A DNA stretch of 63,141 nucleotides, the filler included, from Asterionella formosa (lineage: Eukaryota): NCBI GenBank assembly GCA_002256025.1. It is 25 parts of 25 records of this genome, joined end to end, with 100 filler letters (N's around TTAATTAATTAA, not from the genome) between each part and the next. Parts side by side here need not be neighbours in the genome. Positions count along the whole stretch, not along the records: positions 53,167 to 55,587 come from NKIB01015289.1; positions 55,688 to 58,106 come from NKIB01015290.1; positions 58,207 to 60,625 come from NKIB01015291.1; positions 60,726 to 63,141 come from NKIB01015292.1; 21 more parts are not named here. One strand, 5' to 3'. A model generated the notes under the pieces. That model searched no databases. It had not been told where the DNA came from and saw only the letters and a list, made by a program, of their open reading frames with translations. This document shows positions 53,511 through 63,141 of this stretch, in pieces (position 1 is the first letter of the stretch; each line of letters opens with the position of its first letter). Made by a program: the position numbers and the translations under genes.

Positions 53511-54430
53511 CACATTTAGCAACACCGCGCCGGTGTTTTTCTGGTAGAAAGTACGTTGTTGTGGTACAATGAGAGAATCCAGGCCGCGCCAGGAGTTTTG
53601 CCACACAGCAGGAGAGTCCACACACACAAAAATTAGCATGGTGAAAAAGTAAGCAATCAATGCAGCCAACAGCCAATCATCCCCTACTGGCTCTTCAGCA
53701 GCTAGATTAACATGTTTTTGTTGTGTATCTAAATGCTAGTATGGCTTGTCAGCTCACGCATTGTTGTTGATAACAGGCAGGGACAATGAGGTCCGGAATG
53801 AAAGTTGTTCTGGTAAGATTACCGCGCTATTTTGACGGCTATATGAGCAATGCTACTGATAACTCACACTGATCTTCCTCTACATTCAATTGACATTGCA
53901 GCAAACCCTTTCAATTCAGGAGCATTCGGAAGAAATCCAGGATTGAGTATTGATGCTTTCTGATTCTGTGTTAATGTCATATGATAACAGGGCTCCGTAA
54001 ATCATGAGTTGTTAGTGTGCCTCGGCGTGCTGTTTGTCATGCTGCCAGCTGATGCTGTATTTCTACTGAATTATTGAACAACTGGCACATAAAGATTCGC
54101 ATAGTCGTTAATACATTACGTGAACTATATTATAGAATTACGTGAACAAAAATTTAAGGCAATGTGAACTGAATTACAGAATTAATTGAAGTATTTCAAA
54201 TAATTATGTGAAGTATTTCAAATAATTATGTGAAGATGATCACGTAATATAGTGATGATCAGGAATGCATGCATGATACTCTGATCAAATAATGAACGTG
54301 ATGTATTCAGATAATATATAGATATATTCAAGTAAGCATTTTGATGTATTCAACTAATTCATGTGATCCATTCAAAATCAACTAGGCTTATTTACGTGAT
54401 GGTCACTTCACGTAATACGCGGCTTAGATG

Positions 54431-55290
54431 TACCTGGTGGGGTCAGTTCTTCGAATCAAAGCGATTGCAAGGGTGTGTTCACGCGCAATCTCCTTTCGCT
54501 CTTCAATGCTATGCCCATTCCCGTCCTGATCCTGGAAGGGTACCAGTTTATAATTTGCTGCCACGGTGCCGCCATGGTCATCAATGGTCTCAGCCCATCC
54601 TCGCAAACACTCAACGTAGTCTTCTGCAGACTGTCCTGCTTGTAACTGACGATAAGTGAGGAAACTGGTCTGAGCGTCCAAAAGTGCAATGAAACCGTTC
54701 CTGCTCTGATCGAACTGTAAAGTAATCGACTTGATCTGTTTTAGAAGCCAAAAACAATCGTTGTTGGCAGTCTTGTCCTTGTAGTCATCGTGCGTTTTGA
54801 CCTTTGCCTTCATGTCATCACTACACTGGCCCCAAATCACCGCAAAACACTGTTACTAGGTTGCTCTTCAGGGTGTAATTGCGCTTGACATACGTTTTTA
54901 CTTCTTCTGCGATAATCATTTTCATGGTCAGTCCTGCATCATCATCTAGGTCATCTGGCATGTCTACCATGGGAACCGCCATGGTGTCGGCAAACAAAGG
55001 GGCAAGGTCTTCAGAGTACTTCAGTGTTTTCCTCACATATCCATCTAGAACTTCTAACGTTTTGGCGTACTGGCGTCTGTCACTTTGTTCTTAATAGCAT
55101 TCAAATACGTTTCCGTTCATGCCCTCCGCGCTGCCCTTGAAAATGCCACGGTTGTTGCTTGTCGCTTGTGTCCTTGCCCGCCCACCACGGCTCCCGTGCA
55201 GACGGTTGTCCCTTCGCCCTCGCCCACTGGTGCTGCCGCTGATCGTTGCGTCTGGGGTGGTGCTCATGGGGTTTGTTGGTCAAATCTCTT
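54431..55290 (-). pseudogene. Diatom Copia (CoDi-like) gag remnant
   Basis: IWGQCSDDMKAKVK...DCFWLLKQIKSITLQFD...AIALIRRTDPTRY; frameshifted; truncated by a CATCTAAG element. Confidence 0.82.
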
Positions 55291-55687
55291 CAAATTGTCG
55301 CTGTTGGTTCCTTGATTGGTGGCTGTGGCCTTAAGCTGCGCTACTCGAATCTATAGAATGTAAATTCCGCGATTGAGATGTCGAAACTCCAGCCTTCCAT
55401 GTGAGTCTCAAAACGGCTGGCTCCTTTTGTTTTAATGTTTTTATTTTATTTATTTTTATTTCGAAACAATGTTGTTTCAACTACCGTAATCGACCGTATC
55501 GCAGGCCTTGAACCTTGTACTGTGTCAATCGAATACAGTTGATGAAATTAATAGTAACGAAGAAGTCGTCAACTTAAACTTTCACTTNNNNNNNNNNNNN
55601 NNNNNNNNNNNNNNNNNNNNNNNNNNNNNNNTTAATTAATTAANNNNNNNNNNNNNNNNNNNNNNNNNNNNNNNNNNNNNNNNNNNN

Positions 55688-56900
55688 ACCACTGAAATTT
55701 CCTGGGCAGATGTATTCTCGGTTGGATCGGCACGTGGCACGGTACCCCAACCGGATGGACGAGTATTATGACTCGATGTATTTAACATACGAGCATGTGG
55801 AACAGGCACAGGGTGAGCAGTGTCAGTATGATAGCTTTCCGTAGGATTGCTGTGTGCACCGCCTCCACGACCACCAAAATGTCCTCGTCTACCAAAACTG
55901 GAACGGCCATATCCATTTAGACGACCAGCCATGCGACCTGCTCGACCACCTTGAGTACGAGGATTCTGGAAACAATTGCCCCAAGTATGTACACCTTCAG
56001 GATGCACCGGGCAAGGACCACGATAATCATGGTACATACGACTGGCTTGTAGAGCTTGATGACGAACAGTTGCCTGAAGATCCCATGCGCGTCCGGCTGC
56101 ATTGACAATAGCACGCGCCCTTCACGACCACTTGGAGTAAAATAATCCTTGTAGAATTGACTACTGACACGCTCGTTTTCTTGATGCATCACACGATTGC
56201 CTTCAGCAATGCGAAGACGGTTCTGTGTGATTATTTGAAAACTGTTCTTGGGAAGATGCTTGTTTCGATCCTTAAACGATTGTTGACTCTCGAAGTAAGA
56301 GAGAACCGAGCGAATCGATTGGTCTGAAGTCTTTGCATGATTTAATTCAAACTCTTGTTGCCACTCATCGGGCATAGAACGGATAATGATAATCCGTATA
56401 TCTTCTTTTGACAATCCAACTTGATCTTCTGGATGAGGCATTAGTTGAAGTAGCCTGTTTAAAGTTTTAATACGAGCTCCGAAATCCATTACCAACATAG
56501 AAAAGGGTTTAGATAAATAACGTAGCATCCATTGTCATTGATGTTGAAAACTCTCATTTGGTAAACGATCGTCTAACCATAAAACCATCGCTTCATCGAA
56601 ACTATTGTAAGATTGATCTTCTGGGTGTACTTCCACATTCAACCAATCCGATAAGGCAATGTCTGTCAAACACCTTTTAAAGTAGGAAAAGGTATCTGCA
56701 GGGCTAAAGGCACATGTGTTAGCCATGTCACGAAATTGACTCACTCCAATTAACAATGCTTCCACTGAGCTTCCATCGATCATATCTTGATCAAACGATT
56801 CAAACCTTCCACCGGTTAAAGCAACTCTGAACCTTTTAGTCTTGATGGTCAATAAATTGTAGTCTTTGATCAAAGGAATCACAGGAACCCTTGAATACAT
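55688..56900 (-). pseudogene. Gypsy gag remnant
   Basis: LRYLSKPFSM, SMPDEWQQEF and a CPVHPEGVHTWGNC (CX2HX4HX4C) knuckle; directly downstream of an LTR. Confidence 0.8.
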
Positions 56901-56945
56901 TGCCAAGTTTGTTGTCTTCTAATTCGAATCTTTTTGAATTCAAAG

Positions 56946-57140
56946 TGAAGTATCTAACTTGAAGTAGTAGTATTTATTGAATATATGAGCTTATAAATTA
57001 ATCCTTATGTACAACTCATTTCCTGAACTGTAATCAAAGTATAGAATGGATGTTAGTCGGGTTCTCTCATTATTGAATTCCGATGTATTTGATATAACCC
57101 TAACTCTATATATATCTGTATCGATGTGCAGGATTGCTCA
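56946..57140 (-). mobile_element. Gypsy 5' LTR (195 bp)
   Basis: Minus strand TGAGCAATC...GTTAGATACTTCA, homologous to 9140-9336. Confidence 0.85.
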
Positions 57141-57189
57141 CCAGGTACCTGGTACTCCGGAATACCTGGTACTGGTACCTGGTACCAGG

Positions 57190-57849
57190 AGTTGGTAGAT
57201 GCTACGTATCTGTAGCTCTCACGCAGTAAAATTTGCTAGAAAAATGTTTCTACACAATTTGTTTGTTTTACTTTGTTTGCTAATAATTGTTTTTATAAAA
57301 GAGTGAGCTTAATGTAAATGTAAATTTGAATGTATGATTTTGAAACTTCCAAGCTCATGCATGTTTCAAAATAGAGGGGATCTTCGGAGGCGAGGTTCAT
57401 TTGTGTTCCCAACTTGAACTGAGAATAAACTACATCCTCTTCCTAAATACACATTTGTCTTAATCTTGGCCTGTCTCAACTTAGGCCAGATGCTGTTTGA
57501 TCGAAGACTGCTTACAGAATGATCCTGTTAATCATAGCTAGATCATATCTAGTTTGCTTCTTTAATGTTCCTTGATGTTACGGACATATCTGTAATTGTC
57601 TAGTCAATCATTTATTGATTTGGCTTCTAGGTCTGATCGTCTTCTAGAGTCCAATTAACAGGTTAGAGAGAACTTCTCCGGAAAGTTCCTCTCTCAACTG
57701 TGGCATTTTACACGCGATATTTAACCATGTAATCTTGAATCAATCATCTAGTGGATTGTGGTACATGTTCCTAATCAGGTCACTAGAGGCGAAAATATAT
57801 TGACACTCATAACCTGATCAGGAATCAGGAATCTCTATGTGTTTCAACT
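57190..57849. mobile_element. 660-bp solo-LTR-like insertion with AGTTG...CAACT ends and a CCAGG target duplication
   Basis: CCAGG (57185-57189)|AGTTG ... CAACT|CCAGG (57850-57854); no ORF; internal hairpins. Confidence 0.72.
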
Positions 57850-58206
57850 CCAGGTAGCAGGGAGTACAACCTGTGTGTTACAAGGGTACCTGGTATTCAG
57901 TGACGGTACTTGGTACCTGGTACCAGTGCTGGTACCAGGTATATGGTTGTCAACGGGTACCTGGTACCAGGCACCGGTATTTAACGCCTGCTATGTTCCG
58001 GTTCCTCTGTGAAGGATGCGGTTAAATGACAAATCAGTGTGATGAACACATGCATACCACTCGGTAAGTAGAAATTCTAGTTTACTGGACAAACATAAAC
58101 GGAGTANNNNNNNNNNNNNNNNNNNNNNNNNNNNNNNNNNNNNNNNNNNNTTAATTAATTAANNNNNNNNNNNNNNNNNNNNNNNNNNNNNNNNNNNNNN
58201 NNNNNN

Positions 58207-59774
58207 TACCAACAAGCTACGATGAAGCAATGGCAAGACCAGACAAGAAAGAGTGGATCAAGGCGATCAACAAAGAATATGAAAACTTCCAGTCGAGAGG
58301 AGTGTGGAAAGTTATCAAACGTGATACTGTTAAGAAGCGAACACTAAAAACGAGATGGGTGTTTCGAATTAAAGAAGATGTGTTAACCGGGAAGACCATT
58401 TACAAGGCAAGATTGGTCGTGAAGGGATATGAGCAAATCCCAGGTGTCGATTTTACTGAGACATTTGCTCCAGTTGCAAGCGATGCGACAATCAAAACGG
58501 TACTCGCAGTGACGATGTACAACGGTTGGCGAGCGGAGGCTATTGATGTGGAAGCAGCATTTCTAAATGCTGACGTCGATGAGGACATTTATATTGAGCC
58601 CCCTCAAGGTTTGATCGGAGTCGATTCCGATACACATGTTTGCAAGCTTGTGAAGGCTATGTACGGGATAGTACAAGCTCCACGATGCTGGTCCAGGACG
58701 TTTGCGAAATGTGTCACCAATAAACCAGGTATGACGAAGAGCAAGATCGACCCTATGTTATTTATGCACCGGAACAAGGATGGACAAATTGATGGTCTAC
58801 TTGTTAATTACGTGGATGACGGTATTGTATGTGGGACTCCAAGTGCAGTGGAGTATATGAAAAATGTTATCAAGGAAGATTTCAATATTACCGAGCAGGG
58901 TATTCTACAGAAACACCTAGGAGTGGAATATGCTTGGAAAGAGGACAAGTATGGTGAATACTGGGAGGTGCAAATGCAGAAATTTCGTATGCAACTTCTA
59001 CGCGAATACGAGAAGTTGACCGGTATGAAAATTAAGTCGTACGCAACGCCGGGCGTACCAGGAAAGACATTGAACAAGAATGACGGTGAAGTCATTATGG
59101 AAGGAGAATATCGAAAAATTGTGGGCAAGTTACTATGGTCTACAAAGAAGGATTCGCCGGACTGTGCGAATGCGGTTCGGGAACTATCGGCTCATTTAAG
59201 TTGCCCAGGTGAAGAACAATGGCATGCAGTGGCAAGAGTCATTGGTTACCTATCCAATATGGAGGATAGAGTTCTCAAGTTGCGTAAGCCAAAAGAGTTA
59301 AGAGTCATTGCCTACGTGGACAGTGACTGGGCTGCTAATAAGGTTAACAGGAAGAGCACGACTGGCTATCTTGTTACTATTGGTGGGGCACTTATCAGTT
59401 GGCAGTCGAAGGGACAACAAACGGTTACGCTGTCCAGCACGGAAGCCGAGTATGTGGCGATGTCCCAGTGTGGACAAGAGATCAAGTTTATAGCAATGCT
59501 ACTGAATGAGGTTACTGCGAGAAGACAATACAGGAGCTATTTTTATCGCGAAGAATCAGCAAATCGGAACCAGGACAAAACATATTGATATTAAGTATCA
59601 TCATGTAAAGGACATGATTGAGGATGAAGAATTGGAAGTCATTTTTATAAGGTCGGAAGATAATTTTGCGGACATTATGACCAAGAACATGAAGGAACAG
59701 ATACATACGAGATTGTCTGAACCAGTTCAGAGTGGAACGATGTTACAGCCTCTTGAGCGTGGCAATGGGGAGGA
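58207..59774 (+). mobile_element. Copia RT and RNase H (same family as 35490-37918), frameshifting deletion in RNase H
   Basis: YVDD, YVDSDWA, LSSTEAEY, EDNTGAI..RTKHIDIKYH; the first about 517 nt are nearly identical to 37402-37918. Confidence 0.95.
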
Positions 59775-60200
59775 TGTCAAGAATATTAGCCCGAGTCACA
59801 AGGATTGTGGACTCGATTGTAATCGAACGAGTCGAATATTGCATTGCCACGTCAATCAGCTGTCTAACGAGATCAGAGATTGAAGATTTCTAAGGAAATG
59901 TTAAGTGGAAACTCGAAGAGAGTCTTAGAATGACTTTGCAGGAAGCAAAGATGCATGGAAAGGAAACATTTAGTTTAGCTTATAATTTAATTTGAGATTT
60001 AGATTATCAACCGAGGAAACAGTGTGTTAATTGACAGGAAGGTCAATTAGTCTATCTAGCAGAAAGGCTAGAAGCAGAGACAAGAGAGAAAGTGAGTGGT
60101 ACTAGGTAGTACTACAATCACGTAAGAGTCTACGTGAAGAGAGACCCAACCCGCGGGAAGGAGTACGGACTATTTCAACATAGGTTGCCTTGTGCCAACA
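59775..60200 (+). mobile_element. Copia 3' LTR (right end at 60180 or 60200)
   Basis: Polypurine tract GGGGAGGA followed by TGTCAAG; candidate ends TTCAACA and GCCAACA. Confidence 0.65.
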
Positions 60201-60499
60201 TTCGGCTGTACATGTATATTATTATTCATAGTATATATATATTTATAAATGAATACACTGACTTATTTATTCCAAGTCTGGACTACTAGAGTCCAAAGTC
60301 TGATGCCACCAAGTCAGTCTTGATGACAAATAACCACAGTTATGCATTATTTTAGTGAGGCAGTATTTATAACCTGGTTATTATATACCAAGTCAGAAAC
60401 ACTGGACACTTTTATACTGGGATGGGGAGCAAGTTGCTAAAAAAAACAACAACTTCAATTTCATTCAAGATGAGATTGACAATGGTTTGACTATCATCT

Positions 60500-60625
60500 G
60501 GAGGGAAAACAGTAACAGAGGAATTGGAAAGATATGTCAAATGGTTGAAAGAAAATGATCCAAGTTTGACTGAACTTCTTAGTCTCAGTTATAATTCAAT
60601 TGGTGATGATGGCGCCAAGGAAATT
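60500..60625 (+). CDS. RI/NLRC3-type leucine-rich repeat protein fragment
   Basis: LERYVKWLKENDPSLTELLSLSYNSIGDDGAKEI. Confidence 0.65.
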
Positions 60626-61488
60626 NNNNNNNNNNNNNNNNNNNNNNNNNNNNNNNNNNNNNNNNNNNNTTAATTAATTAANNNNNNNNNNNNNNNNNNN
60701 NNNNNNNNNNNNNNNNNNNNNNNNNATTCTCAGCAGCAATTATTATTATCTCTAGCTACTCATGAAATAATGCTTTTCATCACTTGTAAACGACTTACGC
60801 AATGGCATTATTTGAATCTTCGGATAATGAAACTTACTCTGCAGCAAGGAAGCAGGATGACCAGTGGGTTGCATGTATCACTCCTGCTGATTTTTTCATT
60901 GACAATGAAGGGTCTTTGAGGACGATAAAAGACATGCTCATTCAACAGATATCGCTACAACGACTTCGTTGTATTCGCGTTCACTTTAAAATCGCCGGAT
61001 ACAGAAACAAAACAAATATGATAATGATTACACTCATTAAGAGTTTTGTTAAAGACTCTTGATCTTTGAGACATGATGGGGTACAACAAAAAGTCATCAA
61101 AAGAACCAAAGAAGTATCTGAAAAGAAACGGAGCTCCCGTTACTCCTGAATCATCAACAAGGTTTTCTCCTCGCCTAAAGAAGTATCTGAAAAGAAAAGG
61201 CTCTCCCTTTACTTCTGAATCATCAACAAGGAAGTCTCCTGGCCTAATACTATCAAAGCAACTTTCTACTACCAGAGAAGATATTGCCAATGACTCAAGT
61301 ACAGATTCCGAATTATCTCCTTCCCAATTGTCTGCATTTCCATCTCCAGTTCCTGGTGCTGATATTTTATTGGATGACGATTCTGAAAGACCCCACCAGA
61401 TTATTAAGAAACTTGGACAACCTCCCAAGAATCAGAGGAAAAGAAATGCTGCAACTGCTCCCAAATTCATGCCGGCTGTACAGCAATT

Positions 61489-62025
61489 GTGGCGGTTATC
61501 ATTGGATGTACACTAACTGATGCGAATGCTGGGGATTCCCAACCTGTCCTTTATAGGGAGGGTGGAAAGACGGAAGCATTAAGTTTCGACCACAAACCAC
61601 AGCAAGATCGAGAAATTGATAGAATTCACAAGGCTGGTCGATTTGTCAACCAATTCGGGCGTGTGAATGGAAACTTGAACATTTCTTGATCCATTGGTGA
61701 TCATCTGAAAAATAAAAATGTTCCAGGAACTCACCCAGCAGGACAAATGATTACAATGGAACCCGATATTGTTTAGGTGATTCTGCATCCAAATGACGAA
61801 TTCATTATTTTGGGTTGTGATGGTATTTGGGATTGCCTCACTAACAACCAGACGGTTAAAATACGTGAGTGAGCGAATTGACACCAAGACGCCAGTAGAG
61901 ATTGGAATTGAGATGCTAGATAAAATCATTAGTGAGGATCATTGATCTACCCAACAAGGTATTGGCGGAGATAGCATGATGATTATGATTATTGATTTGC
62001 AACCGCTGCAACGAGCCTACTGGTG
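61489..62025 (+). pseudogene. Protein phosphatase 2C, C-terminal fragment
   Basis: ANAGDS, LSFDHKP, GRVNGNLNIS*SIGD, DEFIILGCDGIWDCLTN; internal stops and a frameshift. Confidence 0.9.
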
Positions 62026-62148
62026 AAAACTCTATAATTAAATGTCTCAGTAAGGTAAAAAATGTCATTATATTTGTCAAATCATTTCTGACAACGGCTG
62101 CATGCAGTAGGTAAGAACCCAATAGTATATGGTTGGGCAACCGTTAAT

Positions 62149-62400
62149 AAAGGATTCAGACGCTTGGGGTCACGAGGGAACCAGGCTGCCGTTCGAATGT
62201 TGGGCAGCCCTAAAAATTGCATAACGACACGCTTGAGTCCAATACCTCCTCCACCATGGGGAAGAGCACCATTACGGAACAAGTTCACATAATCCTGAAT
62301 TGTCGATACATCGATTCCTCATGCTTTGGCCCGCTCTTCCAACAAGTCTGGGTCAAGAACACGCTGAGCCCCCGACATAATTTCTTGTCCACAAATGATG
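62149..62400 (-). pseudogene. Cytosolic aspartyl-tRNA synthetase, C-terminal fragment
   Basis: GQEIMSGAQRV.DPDLL...[32 protein letters not shown] (motif 3); stop at 62319-62321. Confidence 0.9.
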
Positions 62401-63119
62401 TGATGGAAAGTCAATGGAGTTTCAGTAGTTGATTGAAAGCTTCAAGAGACAGCCATGTGATATTCACGATGAAATCTATTCTCATGAAGAAGCTTTGTAA
62501 CATGCTCATTCCAGTCAATTCATTGATGCTCCCATTTTGGAATTCGCACTGGCTTCGAGTTTCGTTCATAGGACTCCAAAAATGATAATGTAACTGCTGC
62601 AAGTAACAAAAAGCTCTGTTGTTCCGCTTCTTTATCAAGATTGTCAATGACATCCCAACTGTCAGGTTCTTCCGGACGATTTGTTGTTGTCGTTACAGCA
62701 ATGATAATGGTCAGACACATTGAATGATTGAAGCTCACAATGCAATTTTGTTGTTGAGTCTGATGCACATGTTTGCAGAGACATAAAGAAGACGGCTAAC
62801 TGTTTCAACCGTTCCAGAGATATATTTGTGAAATGTATCTCTGTAAAGATTCTTTTTTTCTCAAGATACAACAAAAAATAATTTGTATCTCTGTTAAGAT
62901 TGGCCCTAAGCCACCGCTATGCAACAATCTTAATAACTTTGAAAATATTACATCTTCATGGCTTTGTACACTGAATCAAAACTGATTACTCATCTGTTGA
63001 GTAGAGTGCATTGTCTAACATACTCTTCGTACTTGCATCAGGTTTCGATTGATAAATTACTCAAATATTTTCAGTCGGAAGATGGAGTAAAATAACGGTG
63101 GCTCACAGTTTTTAACTGG
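62401..63119 (-). mobile_element. End of a DNA transposon with a decayed ISL2EU/Harbinger-like transposase N-terminus
   Basis: PKWEHQ*IDWNEHVTKLLHENRFHREYHM..AFNQL; terminus TA|CCAGTTAAAAACTG on the minus strand. Confidence 0.55.
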
Positions 63120-63141
63120 TACCACCAAATACCACCAGATA

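Noticed and set aside
2443..60725. Regularly spaced TTAATTAATTAA repeat and ORFs containing X runs
   Set aside because: Artificial linker between contigs; ORFs crossing it and gene neighbourhoods across it are meaningless.

Overview
This is not one continuous locus. It is 25 short contigs (about 2.42-2.44 kb each) joined by artificial 100-nt spacers (N44-TTAATTAATTAA-N44), so adjacency across a spacer means nothing. The DNA is eukaryotic (GT-AG introns, cytosolic RPL10, UTP11). It is most probably a diatom, judging from CoDi-like Copia, diatom-type Gypsy, an Ambal-like LINE, TM-LRR receptor-like proteins and AAA/STAND family genes. Only a few contigs hold apparently functional genes: RPL10, a MORN-repeat gene, UTP11, a TPR-like gene, an LRR receptor-like gene and a partial AAA ATPase. 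The rest is nested, CpG-decayed transposon material (Copia, Gypsy, PIF/Harbinger, ISL2EU-like, pogo-like, LINEs, MITEs, a SINE-like element). The most unusual signal links three things. First, dispersed TACCGGTA and (TACCWGG)n palindromic arrays behave like stacked TA-duplicating transposon excision footprints, present in one copy of a repeat and absent from another. Second, resident TA-flanked elements have CCG/CCAG/CCTG ends that would leave such footprints. Third, two unrelated LTR-type families have inserted at CCWGG inside these arrays, one with a perfect CCAGG target duplication. Other leads are a DNA transposon carrying captured PP2C and AspRS 3' ends, a structured tRNA-headed SINE-like element and a possibly self-priming Gypsy. 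All family assignments come from motif recognition; no database search was run.
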